Below are positions 1 through 10,163 of a stretch of DNA of 64,000 bases, one piece after another; the first letter of the stretch is position 1; every line of letters starts with the position of its first letter. The translations under genes were made by a program, and so were the position numbers. The stretch lies in the NCBI GenBank assembly GCA_963749155.1, contig CAVVLO010000002.1, positions 448,001 through 512,000 on the forward strand. Direction: 5' to 3'. The DNA is from an uncultured Armatimonadia bacterium (GTDB lineage Bacteria > Armatimonadota > Zipacnadia > CAVVLO01). The notes under the pieces were generated by a model. That model saw nothing but the letters and a program-made list of their open reading frames with translations. It was not told where the DNA came from and did no database searches.

Positions 1-609
1 ATACCCAGGCCGAGGCCGAGGGCTGTCTTCAACCGTATCGTGGAGGAAGGCTACGGCTGGCGCTTCACCGCAATCGGCTATGAAGAGGCCCGCCCCCTGC
101 AGGATTTCATCGTCCACCGGATGGCCGAATGGGCTGCAGAACTCGAGATACCCTTCGTCATCCATTCAGCCCTGCAGGCCGACATCCGCCACAAAGAGGA
201 CAACGCCAAGCCGCTGCGGCTATGGAACCTGATAGAACGCTATCGCCACACCGACTTTGTCCTCCTCCACTCGGGCCTGCCGTGGATGGAAGAAGCCTGC
301 CTGCTGGCTAAACACTACGACAACGTCTATCTCGATATGGCCTGGGACCACATAATGAGCCCCGAACTCTCCACCCGCGCCGTCCGCTACTTCGTGGACC
401 TCGTGCCCAGGAACAAGGTGTTCGGTTTCGGCGGCGATTTCGGTGTCGTGGAGAAAGTTTTCGGCCATCTCACAATGGCCCGAGAGGACCTTTCCCGCGC
501 TTTGGCCCACAAAGTGACCGCCGAAGGGATGCCCCTTGCGCGCGCCGAAAGCTGGCTTACGGCTATGCTGCACGATAATCCTGCCCATGTCTTCCATCTG
601 GAGGTCTAG
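1..609 (+). CDS. Amidohydrolase-family (Amidohydro_2 / uronate isomerase-like) protein, 5'-truncated
   Basis: Frame open from the window edge. Motifs FVIHS, FVLLH.G.PW, NVYLDMAW, KVFGFGGD and MLHDNP.HVF are typical of the amidohydrolase C-terminal half. Confidence 0.75.
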   Translation: MPRPRPRAVFNRIVEEGYGWRFTAIGYEEARPLQDFIVHRMAEWAAELEIPFVIHSALQADIRHKEDNAKPLRLWNLIERYRHTDFVLLHSGLPWMEEACLLAKHYDNVYLDMAWDHIMSPELSTRAVRYFVDLVPRNKVFGFGGDFGVVEKVFGHLTMAREDLSRALAHKVTAEGMPLARAESWLTAMLHDNPAHVFHLEV

Positions 610-611
610 CC

Positions 612-2369
612 TTGCGTTGCTTGCTAATGTGGACTGCACTCTTCTCACTAGTTATGGGAGGGTTGGCTATGAGCGCGCCTGCCTGGGATAACTACTCTGA
701 CACCTGGGTCGCCACCGATGACCTGGGCCGGGTTACTCCGACCGCGAGCGAGGTTGGTCAGCCGCGCACTGACCGCTTCATCGGGATGTTCTACTTCCTG
801 TGGATGACGCCCGACCTTGGTGGTCCTTACGATGTGACAAAGATCGTCGCGGCCAATCCAGGCGCGATGGAGAATCCTGAAAGCCCGCCCTGGGGGCCGA
901 TGCACGCCTTCCACTTTTGGTCGGAGCCCTTGTTCGGTTATTATCGCTCGGACGACCCCTGGGTGCTGCGCAAGCATGCCCAGCAGCTCTCTGATGCCGG
1001 CGTGGATGTCGTCATCTTCGATGTGACTAACCAGATCACCTATCCCCAGAGCTATGAGGCCCTCTGCAAGGCCTGGTCCGAGGCGCGCGCCGAGGGCAAC
1101 CGGACGCCTGGCATCGCCTTCCTCACGCCTTTTGGAGATCCTCACAATGTGGTAAATCGCCTGTGGGAGGACCTCTACTCCAAAGGGCTGTGGAAAGACC
1201 TCTGGTTCGAGTGGAAGGGCAAGCCGCTGATAATGGCCGACCCCGCCAAGGTGGACCCGGCCCACGCCGACTTCTTCACCTTCCGCAAGCCAATACCCAG
1301 CTATTTCACTGGACCGGAAGGGCCTGACAACTGGGGCTGGCTGGAAGTCTATCCCCAGCACGTCTTCCCGAACAGCGCTGGCGAAGCCGAACAGATGACC
1401 GTGGGCGCTGCCCAGAATGCGGTGGGAGACCGTATTGGAACCCTCTCGATGAAGAACTCACGCGGTCGCAGCTTCCATAGCGGCACCTGGGCAACCGAAC
1501 CAGGCGCTGTAAACAAAGGCTACAACTTCGCCGAGCAGGCCGCCCGCGCTCTGGAGGTCGATCCCCAGTTCGTGTTCGTCACCGGCTGGAACGAGTGGAT
1601 CGCGATGCGTTTCAACGAGTTCGCAGGCTTCCGCGAGCCGGTGATGTTCGTGGATACCTGTGACCAGGAGGGCAGTCGCGACCTCGAGCCGATGCTCGGG
1701 GGCCATCAGGATAATTACTATTATCAGTTCGTCGATTTCGCCCGGCGCTACAAGGGCGCCCGCCCCCAGCCACCCGCCGGCCCGCAGGTGACTATCAAGC
1801 TGGATTCTGACTTTGCTCAGTGGCAGGCGATCACGCACTCCTACCGGGACAACCTGGGCGACGTGAAGCACCGCGACTTCCCGGGCATCGGGTCGATTGG
1901 CAATTACGTGAACACGACCGGCCGCAATGATATCGTCGAGTCGAAAGTCGCGCGCGATGCGGCCAACCTCTACTTCTGGGCGCGGACGAGGGAGCCCCTT
2001 TCACCGCGCACCGACAGCAACTGGATGGTGCTCTACCTCAACGTGGACGGCGATGCGACCACGGGCTGGCATGGCTATGACTTCGTGGTCAACCGGCGCG
2101 GCGTCAGGCAGACCACCACCGGCCTCGAGCGTTGCCGGGGCGGCTGGGACTGGCAGCCCCTTGCCGAAGTGCCGCTGCGCGTCGAGGGCGACCAGCTAAT
2201 GCTCTCGGTTCCACGCAAGCTGCTTGGGCTGGATACAAGCAAGCCGCTTTCCCTGCAGTTCAAATGGCATGACAATATGCAAGTCGACGGCGATATTATG
2301 GAGTTCACCGTGAGCGGCGACGCCGCTCCGAATGATCGTTTTAATTACCTCTACTGGGAGGAGAAGTAA
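612..2369 (+). CDS. Secreted GH99/GH71-like glycoside hydrolase with C-terminal beta-sandwich domain
   Basis: Signal-peptide-like N-terminus. Motifs EPLFGYYRSDD, RKHAQQLSDAGVDVVIFDVTN and VTGWNEW match GH99-like TIM barrels. Confidence 0.7.
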   Translation: MRCLLMWTALFSLVMGGLAMSAPAWDNYSDTWVATDDLGRVTPTASEVGQPRTDRFIGMFYFLWMTPDLGGPYDVTKIVAANPGAMENPESPPWGPMHAFHFWSEPLFGYYRSDDPWVLRKHAQQLSDAGVDVVIFDVTNQITYPQSYEALCKAWSEARAEGNRTPGIAFLTPFGDPHNVVNRLWEDLYSKGLWKDLWFEWKGKPLIMADPAKVDPAHADFFTFRKPIPSYFTGPEGPDNWGWLEVYPQHVFPNSAGEAEQMTVGAAQNAVGDRIGTLSMKNSRGRSFHSGTWATEPGAVNKGYNFAEQAARALEVDPQFVFVTGWNEWIAMRFNEFAGFREPVMFVDTCDQEGSRDLEPMLGGHQDNYYYQFVDFARRYKGARPQPPAGPQVTIKLDSDFAQWQAITHSYRDNLGDVKHRDFPGIGSIGNYVNTTGRNDIVESKVARDAANLYFWARTREPLSPRTDSNWMVLYLNVDGDATTGWHGYDFVVNRRGVRQTTTGLERCRGGWDWQPLAEVPLRVEGDQLMLSVPRKLLGLDTSKPLSLQFKWHDNMQVDGDIMEFTVSGDAAPNDRFNYLYWEEK

Positions 2370-2370
2370 G

Positions 2371-3612
2371 ATGGCAAAGCCAATCAGGCTCGGTGTTTTC
2401 GGTGGAAGCAGGGGGATGTCGTTCGGTCAGAACGGCGTAAATCTGGGGATGGAGGTCGTCGCGGTCTGTGACAACTGGGAGGAGCGGGCAAATAATGCCG
2501 CTGGCGCCTTCGGAGCGACCGCTTACACGGATTTCGACAAGTTTCTGGAGCACGATTTCGATGCGTTGATTCTCGCAAACTTCTTCCACCAGCACGCCCC
2601 CTATGCCATCAAGGCCCTCGATGCGGGTCGCCACGTTATCAGCGAGTGCATCGCCTGTAAGACGCTCGGGGAGGGCGTAGAACTCGCCCGGGCCGTCGAG
2701 CGGTCGGGCAAAATCTATTTCTTCGCGGAGAACTACGCCTATTTCACCTACTGCCAGGAGATGCGCCGGCTTTATCAGGCCGGCGAGATAGGCGAATTCC
2801 AGTATGCCGAGGGCGAATATAACCATCCCATCGACGCCCATGGGTGCAATCAGCTCTCGCCAGGCGTCAACCACTGGCGCAACTGGATCCCGCCCACCTA
2901 TTACAGCACCCATGCGATGTCGCCCCTGATGTATGCGACCGACACGAGGCCTGTCAGCCTCAACTCGCAGTCCATCACCGTCGCGGAGGGCGACACGCGG
3001 CGCAAGATGACCGCAAGGCACAGTGACCTCGGCTTCTGCACGATTATCCGGATGGACAACGGCGGGCTGGTGCGGCTGATGGGCCTCGGCCTCGCCGGTC
3101 ATAGCATCTGGTATCGCATCCACGGCACGCACGGCCTGATGGAGAACCTCCGCACGGGCGACCAGAACCAGCTACGCATCGTCCACGAGGCCTGGGACAT
3201 CGAGGGAGACCAGGTACCAGAGCGTATCTACTCGCCCGAGGTGCCTGTCGCGCCGGACCTGGTGGCCAAGGCCGGCCACGGCGGGGGCGACTTCTTCACG
3301 ATGTATTATTTCAAGGAGGCCATCGAGACAGGCCAGCAGCCGTGGATGAACGTCTATCGCGGCCTTGATATGACCTTCGTTGGCATCCAGGCCTGGCGCT
3401 CTTGCCTGGCGAAGGGCGCGCCGGTGGAGGTGCCCGACTTCAGCAAGGAAGAAGTGCGTAAGCAGTACGAGGGCGACAACTGGTCTCCGATGCCCGAGGA
3501 CGCCGGCCCAGGCCAGCCCTTCAGCAGCATCAAGGGGAAGCTGGACCCCTCCCCCGAAGGCCTTGCCTATGCCCGCCAGGTGTGGGACGAGATGGGCTAC
3601 AAAGGGGAATAA
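2371..3612 (+). CDS. Gfo/Idh/MocA NAD-dependent oxidoreductase (GH109-like)
   Basis: RBS GGAGGAG before ATG 2371. Rossmann GVFGGSRG, HVISE, ENYAY, YYSTH and GHGGGD, which resembles the GH109 GHGGMD motif. Confidence 0.8.
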   Translation: MAKPIRLGVFGGSRGMSFGQNGVNLGMEVVAVCDNWEERANNAAGAFGATAYTDFDKFLEHDFDALILANFFHQHAPYAIKALDAGRHVISECIACKTLGEGVELARAVERSGKIYFFAENYAYFTYCQEMRRLYQAGEIGEFQYAEGEYNHPIDAHGCNQLSPGVNHWRNWIPPTYYSTHAMSPLMYATDTRPVSLNSQSITVAEGDTRRKMTARHSDLGFCTIIRMDNGGLVRLMGLGLAGHSIWYRIHGTHGLMENLRTGDQNQLRIVHEAWDIEGDQVPERIYSPEVPVAPDLVAKAGHGGGDFFTMYYFKEAIETGQQPWMNVYRGLDMTFVGIQAWRSCLAKGAPVEVPDFSKEEVRKQYEGDNWSPMPEDAGPGQPFSSIKGKLDPSPEGLAYARQVWDEMGYKGE

Positions 3613-3625
3613 CGCCTCTCATAAG

Positions 3626-3668
3626 GACAAAACAAACCGGGAGCCGACCTTCGGCTCCCGGTTTTGTC
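3626..3668. terminator. Bidirectional intrinsic terminator
   Basis: Perfect 14-bp stem AAACCGGGAGCCGA-cct-TCGGCTCCCGGTTT (3634-3664) with A/T tracts on the flanks, between convergent genes. Confidence 0.85.
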
Positions 3669-3678
3669 TGCCAGGTAT

Positions 3679-5610
3679 CTAGCGCAGCTTGAATTTGACC
3701 GTATAGTCCCACTCCTGCCCCTCGGAGACCTCTCCGGTGAAGGGTTGCAGGCCAAGGAGGAAGCCCGGGGCGTTCCAGAAACGCTCATCCACGAGCCAGG
3801 CCTCTCCCGAGAAGGCGACTTCCAGCTCGAGGCCCGAGGCTGTCGTCAATTTCACCTTGCGGAAGTCCTCTGCCAGTTGCGGCGGGTCGGCCAGCACCTT
3901 CGAGAAGCTGCCCTCCTGGCCCCCAGCCTGCCACGTCCCGCCCGCCCAGGTGGCCGGGGGCAGGGTCAGGCGCTCGCGCCAGGAGAAGATTGTGCCCGCT
4001 GAGAGGGCTTTCCAGTGGCATTGCAGCGTGAGGTCGTTCTCCTTCACCGTCAGCCGCTTGGTGTAGGCGAGGCGGAAATCATCGAGCACGCGCTGCCCCT
4101 CCATCACGAGCGTCCTGGAGCCCTCCAGCCGCAGCGAGGCGTTTTCGATGGCGAAGTCGCGCCATTTTTCATTGGCCGCAAGCTGGGTGCGCAGTGGCTC
4201 TACCAGTACTTCATCGCCCACCTGCCAGCGCGCAAGCCGCCCATCAACCTTCCAAAGCTGGTAACCCGCCTCGCCCAGTCGCACCAGCGCCATATCGCCG
4301 CGCAAAAGGATAGGCTCCGGCCCTTCGGCAGTCAGCGTCGGGCTGAGTACAGGCAGGTTGCCTTCGCGCTCCGCCTCGCGCGTGTAGAGCAACAGTCGGC
4401 CATCCTGAGCAGGAATAAGGAATTCGCGCCCTACCTGCTGGCTGCTGACATCCAGTCGCCGCCCGTGCATCGTAAGCCGGACATCGAGGGGAGTCGGATT
4501 TAACACTACCGTCCCGCCCTCAAATTCGCGCGACCAGGTACCCTCGGGTTGCTTCTCGGCAGGCCCCTTCGGCCAGCCCAGCGGCGCATCGTATTCGGGA
4601 TACCACCACCGCTGGCCGCGCCAGCGCGTGTGCATGTCATAACCGAAATAACCATCGCCCATCAGCGTCGTCGCGAGGCCAAAACGCATCCGCGGCAGAA
4701 GCACTCGACCGCGCTCGAGCAGTGCGTTCCGGCCTGCTTCGTCCAGTGACTTCCAGGCATCAAAGGGGGGCTCGATGGCCGAACTGCTGACGAAAGCTGT
4801 CATAGTCGGCTGATGCGGGGTATTCGTCCAGTAGAGATAATCCTCCAGTACGCCCTCCCAGCCCCAATTGCCGTCCAGCACATAATCCAGGTAGTCTTCC
4901 AGCAGGATGCCGTTGAGCGCCCCGTAAGTGTCGCGCCCGCCCTGGTTATCCATAAAGGGCATATCCGGCCCAAGCTCGGCTCGCACCCTGTCGGCAACCT
5001 GCCGCTTGGCCTCGCGCCAGGCCTCGTCCAGCCAGCCGCGCTCATCGGCCACGCCGTCTTCGTTGGCGTCCACTTCATAAGCCTCGCCAGTCTCTATGTT
5101 GCACGCCCAGGTGTCGAAACTCGGCCCCATGCAGTCGATGAACACGCCATCATAGCCGCGCTCCCTCACCGACCGGGCGCACTGGGCGACAATCCAGTCC
5201 AGCACTTCAGGCCTGGTCAGATTTATCATCCGGGTGCCCGGCCAGCCGTCAAGGAAACGCCCATCTGGCTGTTTAAGCCAGCCACTCTGAGGGAAAGTCG
5301 TATCCTCCGGAAAGGCATAGGGCGCCGAACAGGAGAAGTCCAGGATGATGAGATCCGGATTGAGTTCATGCAGGCGGGTCATCTTCTCCTTCAGCAACCG
5401 CGCTTGCTCTGGATCAGCCCAGTTGCACCACAAGCCGCCAATCATCAGGTCCCACTTGGCTGCCTCGGCCAGGTCCGCTTCATCACTCCAGGGGGTCACC
5501 TGGATGCCATAACAGTTGGCGATGCGCGGGAAGGCCGGCCCCCGGCGCTCTGCCGCGAAGGCGTAAAGAGTAAGCAGTATTAGCCCAACCGCAAGTAGTC
5601 GCTCCATCAT
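3679..5610 (-). CDS. Secreted putative glycoside hydrolase (GHL15-like TIM barrel plus C-terminal beta domain)
   Basis: Signal peptide MMERLLAVGLILL. Motifs GYDGVFID, NGILLE, RFGLATTLMGDGYF and WYPEYDAPLG. Confidence 0.7.
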   Translation of the reverse strand: MMERLLAVGLILLTLYAFAAERRGPAFPRIANCYGIQVTPWSDEADLAEAAKWDLMIGGLWCNWADPEQARLLKEKMTRLHELNPDLIILDFSCSAPYAFPEDTTFPQSGWLKQPDGRFLDGWPGTRMINLTRPEVLDWIVAQCARSVRERGYDGVFIDCMGPSFDTWACNIETGEAYEVDANEDGVADERGWLDEAWREAKRQVADRVRAELGPDMPFMDNQGGRDTYGALNGILLEDYLDYVLDGNWGWEGVLEDYLYWTNTPHQPTMTAFVSSSAIEPPFDAWKSLDEAGRNALLERGRVLLPRMRFGLATTLMGDGYFGYDMHTRWRGQRWWYPEYDAPLGWPKGPAEKQPEGTWSREFEGGTVVLNPTPLDVRLTMHGRRLDVSSQQVGREFLIPAQDGRLLLYTREAEREGNLPVLSPTLTAEGPEPILLRGDMALVRLGEAGYQLWKVDGRLARWQVGDEVLVEPLRTQLAANEKWRDFAIENASLRLEGSRTLVMEGQRVLDDFRLAYTKRLTVKENDLTLQCHWKALSAGTIFSWRERLTLPPATWAGGTWQAGGQEGSFSKVLADPPQLAEDFRKVKLTTASGLELEVAFSGEAWLVDERFWNAPGFLLGLQPFTGEVSEGQEWDYTVKFKLR

Positions 5611-5630
5611 TGCCCCTCTCCTCCGGTTTC

Positions 5631-7706
5631 TCACCGGTATTGGTACAGTTCAGCGCCCACTTCACTAACGGCTTCGACCAACTCGATGTACGGCATGTCG
5701 GCGATGTCTACGAAACCGACATTGTAGTTCTCCCCGTCCAGCGGTCGCCCGGTGGTGTGTTCATCTCGAAACTTGAACCAATGGCAGCCGACGAACTGGG
5801 GATGCCGCAAGGCGCCCTGCACATATTCTTTATACGCGTCGGCCCTGCCCTGCTGGTCAGCCACCTCGACCAGCCCCGGATGGAATAGCCCTCTGTCCAG
5901 CGAGCCGAAGTGGAACTCTCCAATGATAAGCGGCACGTCTGCCTCCACCGGCAACTCAAAGTCCGCGACCGAGTGGCGATAGAGGTTGTAGCTGACGATG
6001 TCGCAGTAATCCACTGCGGCGGCGACAGCCAGTGGATTCGCCCAGGCGAACCGGCAACCGAGGTAGAGCTGGTCCGGCGCGACGGCTTTCACCTCCTGGC
6101 GTATCTGGCGGAAGTATTCGCGCGCCGTGCGCGAGGAGAAAGCCTGAAGGTCTGCCTCGGCCTTCTGCCGGTCAGGCAGGCTGGTGCTTGCAAGCAGTCC
6201 TTCCCAGGAAGGATAGGCCGTGTTCCACTGGGCATTGAGCGCCTCGATGGTCTTGTACTTCGATTGCAGGTCTTCGGCGAAAGCCCGCTTGGCCGGCTGG
6301 TCGGCCGGGGAGGCCAGGGCCGCGAGTGCCAGGCTTGCTTCATCTCCCCAGGCAATCTCGTTGTCCACAAAATACCCGAGGCACCAGGGGTCGCCGGCGC
6401 TCTGGCCCACTTCCCTCTGCATCGCTTCCCGGATAGAGGCGCTAAAACTTGGGTCGAACACATCGCGGAACTTGCCCCAGTAGCCTTCACTGCCTTCGAG
6501 CATCCGCCCGCCGAAGTAGATAGTCGCAACATAGGGTGTCTTGCGCTGGCGGAAGACCTCCGGCTGCGACCAGTTGCCGATGGTGTTGAGCCCCCAACTA
6601 CGCAACCGCTGGTGCGTGACGGCGTTGAAGTGTTCCTGCCAGTCGTCGCCGTACTTGAGCGCCAGGTTAGCCGCGCCGAAGTCGAAGCTCCAAACATTGC
6701 GCCCCGCCCATGGCCCCATCAGGCACCAGTTAGGCCCGTAAAACTGTCCGCGAGGATCGCCCTCCTCAGGGGGCACATCCACAAACCAGCCCTCCCGGTC
6801 TTCCACGGGCGTTGAATCACCCCAACTGCCCACACAGTCCACCCCGTGCGACCAGAAGAGATGGCCCAGTGGGTCCACCAGCCACCATTTGCCGTGGTAT
6901 TTCGTCACGCGGAAGAACCCCTTCGGCGCAAGCTGCGGCCCAGCCGCCCAGCCTCCATATTCGTCCCAGTCAGTTGGCCCTGGCGCTTTGGTGAGGGCCT
7001 TTGCTTCCACCTGGGCGCGCTGGCGCAGTTCTTCCTCGCTGTGGGTCTTGCCCGGCCAGTCAGCGTGAATATGCTGCCCAAACTTGTCAATAAAGGGCAG
7101 GAAGCCTCCCTCTGGCTCCAGTGATCGCCACTCGCCCTCTGCCCTGATCGGGCCTAGCTCAAAGGCGCAGTCCTCGGTCGGCTGAGCCACAAAAAGCAGC
7201 AATTGGGTCACCTTGGCGGGGTCGAACTCCGTGCCTTGCCTCTCTCCGCCCGGCGAGCCGCGCATCCCCAGGAAGTCAATTGGCTTGCCTGCAGTATCGA
7301 GGAGCGGATGCGGCATCGGGGCGACGAGAGTGCCCTTCTCGCCAGGCCCAAGCTCGATGGGGAGCTGCATGCAGTGGTGCTGGCCGTCCGCGCCGGGGTT
7401 GTCTACCCGGATGAACAGGCTGGCGCGCTTTGGGCCTACATTCTTCACAAGCAACTCGACACGCGTCCACATGGAGAGATCCCAATGCCCCTCTGGGGCT
7501 GGCAGCACGCAGCCTGGCCAGTCGGTCTCATGGCCTGTCTCCAGCCTCAGCCTCGGCGCTTCAGACGTCCCAGCCAGGCTCACCCTCGCGCCGAAGACTG
7601 TTACCGCCATCGCCTCGAAGGGCGGCTTGAAGTCATAGAGCGTCTGCGCTGCCATCGAGGTACCCCCTGCAAGCAACATCACGATCCATAACAAAATCGA
7701 GCGCAT
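5631..7706 (-). CDS. GH50 beta-agarase-like hydrolase with N-terminal CBM-like domain
   Basis: Signal peptide. Motifs KWWLVDPLG.LFWSHGVD, RLRSWGLNTIGNWS, GYFVDNE, IIGEFHFG.LDRG and VGCHWF. Confidence 0.85.
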   Translation of the reverse strand: MRSILLWIVMLLAGGTSMAAQTLYDFKPPFEAMAVTVFGARVSLAGTSEAPRLRLETGHETDWPGCVLPAPEGHWDLSMWTRVELLVKNVGPKRASLFIRVDNPGADGQHHCMQLPIELGPGEKGTLVAPMPHPLLDTAGKPIDFLGMRGSPGGERQGTEFDPAKVTQLLLFVAQPTEDCAFELGPIRAEGEWRSLEPEGGFLPFIDKFGQHIHADWPGKTHSEEELRQRAQVEAKALTKAPGPTDWDEYGGWAAGPQLAPKGFFRVTKYHGKWWLVDPLGHLFWSHGVDCVGSWGDSTPVEDREGWFVDVPPEEGDPRGQFYGPNWCLMGPWAGRNVWSFDFGAANLALKYGDDWQEHFNAVTHQRLRSWGLNTIGNWSQPEVFRQRKTPYVATIYFGGRMLEGSEGYWGKFRDVFDPSFSASIREAMQREVGQSAGDPWCLGYFVDNEIAWGDEASLALAALASPADQPAKRAFAEDLQSKYKTIEALNAQWNTAYPSWEGLLASTSLPDRQKAEADLQAFSSRTAREYFRQIRQEVKAVAPDQLYLGCRFAWANPLAVAAAVDYCDIVSYNLYRHSVADFELPVEADVPLIIGEFHFGSLDRGLFHPGLVEVADQQGRADAYKEYVQGALRHPQFVGCHWFKFRDEHTTGRPLDGENYNVGFVDIADMPYIELVEAVSEVGAELYQYR

Positions 7707-7759
7707 CGCGTCCTCCTAGTTACCACCCAGCTGGCGACCAGAGCAACCGTTCTCGGGAT

Positions 7760-7813
7760 TTCGATGCGGCTGGTGCTGGGCCTGCAAGCAGGGACGGGTT
7801 GCTGACTGGTGTA
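7760..7813. promoter_or_regulatory. Back-to-back divergent sigma-H-like promoter pair
   Basis: Minus strand GCAGG-N17-CGAA (7785-7760) and plus strand GCAGG-N17-TGTA (7788-7813, weaker). The central CCTGC-AA-GCAGG is an inverted repeat. Confidence 0.6.
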
Positions 7814-7860
7814 TACTTGGTGTTCGCTAGTACTTTGGCGTCCAATCCCAATCCTATAAG

Positions 7861-10143
7861 GTGATTCTCCTGAATAAGACTCTGATGGCAGTACTTGTAG
7901 TTTGTATTGCTCTAGGACTCCTGCTTGTCGGTTGTGGGAAGTTTAGTGGAGGCGGCAACGCCGACCCGTTCACTCTCGATTACACAATTGATGAGTCCAA
8001 TTCCGCTTTTTTCCTGGCCGGGGACTCCTACGCTACCCTGGCTTCTGCTTCGCCCTTCTACACAGGAGCTTATCCGGTACCCGGCAGCAACACTGCCGAG
8101 TTCGACCAGCTACGCGCAGCCAAAGTAGAGGAAATCAAAGCTACAGCTGCCCAGCTTGCCCAGACGGCTGCTTCGACTAGCAGTCAACTCGAGACACTTA
8201 GAGCTGCTTTCTTCGATGGACTCGACGCCGGCATCAAGCAGGATAAAAAACTGGCTGGCTTTGCCAGAGGCTGCGTAAAAGAGCTTGTAGGCCTTCAGGT
8301 TGAGACCGCAACCTCGCTTGTGCTCGCCGAGTCCGTGGTCATCCCTGAGCAACCTGCTCTAGTAAAAACCGAGTTCGAGTATCTTCAAGTGCTGCGTTCG
8401 ATGCAGGCTGCCCTGGCTGTCCTTACCGAAGCCGACCGACTGGTCGGGCTTGCCGCCGTAACCTGCAATGCGATGGACAAATCTAACAACGCCAAACTGA
8501 AAAGCGTCAGCGCAACACTCAACACTGCGATGGGCGCCTTCGACAGCCTCATGCCCCAACTCAAGAGTCTGGTTGCAGGTCGTAAATCAATTCTGACTGG
8601 CCTGGATCAAATACGGACCGCTGACCATTATCTGGCTCTTGCGGCCCTGGACTTCGCTGCAGAACAACTCCCCAAGGTGAAAGAGCAGTTCGCCACTATC
8701 AAGCCCTCTGAAAAGCTGACCGCGGAAGATATTGCCCTCTCCGGGCAGGTACTTGCTGGTCTGGAACAGGAACTCGCCTCAGCCCGTAAACTGCTTGAAG
8801 CTGTACCGGCGGATCAGCTAATCCCCGTCGAACAGGAGACCGCCGCATACGGCGATATTGCCTGGGCCGGTTATGCACCCAGCACCAGCTATGGTTACGG
8901 CCTGAAGATCTTCAAGCAGAAGGAGCCGGAGCTGAAGCGCCTGCCACCCAAGCCCAGTAAAACGATGCAGTTCGCAGCTGATGTCTGGACAGGCTTCCGC
9001 GAAGTGCCAGCAACCTGGGTCGAGTGGGCAGACCTCTCCTACAACTACGTAAAGAATGTCGGCCACGGAGTCATCGTCGAGGGCAAGTCGCTGGACGAGG
9101 CCAAAGAGGATCAGGCGCAGCTTTTCAAGGACTCCGAGGCGCGTTTCAAGGCGCACAAGCAGGGCTCCCACATCTTGCGCGACGCGAAGCAGAACATCGA
9201 GGATTTGGAGAACTACGCTGACGAGGCTACCTCGGGACTGGTCGAGAACTCCGTCGGTGGCGTCAACGTTCCCTGGGTCGCTGGGAAAGTAGCCAAAGCA
9301 GTTGTCGGGATATTTACTGGCTTTGCCAAAGGCACCTACGCGCTAGCCGATCCGACTTCTGACACTGGAGAGCTGGTTTCGGGCGGTATAGATATCGCTT
9401 GCTCTACTTTCGGGGGCAGCAAGGTCATCGCCAAGCCGACAATGCTGAAAGGTGCCGGGCAGCGACTGGGCGCCTTCCTGCAAAAATATGGGCTAAAAGC
9501 CGCAAGCGAGGGCCTGGAGCAGGTCGCTACGAAGGCCACCACCGAGGCGCTGGAGGCCACCAACCTGGCCTTGAAGGACAAACTCAAGGCAATGGGCGCG
9601 GCCTGGCTGAAAGAAGGCGGCGCGACGGCCAGGGAGTCGCTCAACGACTTCGCCAAGAAGACCTTCGAGGCCAATATGAAGGGCCTGAAAGAGGCTATGG
9701 TAACGATGCTGGGTGAGCGCGGCGGCACCGTGGTGGATAATGTGGTCGGCGAGATGGTGGACAACGCCCTGCAGGAGCTGGTCGTTGAGGCTATCAAGGG
9801 AGAAGTCGACTTCAATGGCACCTATTCCGGCGCCCTTCAGGGAGGAGCCGGGGGCTCCATTACTTTGACCATCTCGGGTACTTCGGCCTCTGGCACTCTG
9901 GGAGGCTCCCACAAGAAGGAAGCCTTCCACGGCAGTGTCTCCGGCAGCTTCGATCCCGCCTCGCGCAAGGTAAACTGCAAGATATCCGGCACCTTGGGCG
10001 TCGATAGTGACACCTCCTTCAGTGTCGGATTTACTGGCAAGTTGTCTGGCACAGCCGCCGAGGATGGCAGCAAGATCTCGGGTAGCTGGAATGCCGATAA
10101 CGAATGGGGGAACTCCTCCGGTAGTTGGTCGGCCCACAAGTAA
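7861..10143 (+). CDS. Large orphan lipoprotein (helical N-terminal part, Gly/Ser-rich beta C-terminal domain)
   Basis: 760-aa ORF with hydrophobic leader and lipobox LLVG-C. No family recognised. Confidence 0.75.
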   Translation: MILLNKTLMAVLVVCIALGLLLVGCGKFSGGGNADPFTLDYTIDESNSAFFLAGDSYATLASASPFYTGAYPVPGSNTAEFDQLRAAKVEEIKATAAQLAQTAASTSSQLETLRAAFFDGLDAGIKQDKKLAGFARGCVKELVGLQVETATSLVLAESVVIPEQPALVKTEFEYLQVLRSMQAALAVLTEADRLVGLAAVTCNAMDKSNNAKLKSVSATLNTAMGAFDSLMPQLKSLVAGRKSILTGLDQIRTADHYLALAALDFAAEQLPKVKEQFATIKPSEKLTAEDIALSGQVLAGLEQELASARKLLEAVPADQLIPVEQETAAYGDIAWAGYAPSTSYGYGLKIFKQKEPELKRLPPKPSKTMQFAADVWTGFREVPATWVEWADLSYNYVKNVGHGVIVEGKSLDEAKEDQAQLFKDSEARFKAHKQGSHILRDAKQNIEDLENYADEATSGLVENSVGGVNVPWVAGKVAKAVVGIFTGFAKGTYALADPTSDTGELVSGGIDIACSTFGGSKVIAKPTMLKGAGQRLGAFLQKYGLKAASEGLEQVATKATTEALEATNLALKDKLKAMGAAWLKEGGATARESLNDFAKKTFEANMKGLKEAMVTMLGERGGTVVDNVVGEMVDNALQELVVEAIKGEVDFNGTYSGALQGGAGGSITLTISGTSASGTLGGSHKKEAFHGSVSGSFDPASRKVNCKISGTLGVDSDTSFSVGFTGKLSGTAAEDGSKISGSWNADNEWGNSSGSWSAHK

Positions 10144-10163
10144 GACGAAGCTCCAAGTAGCAA

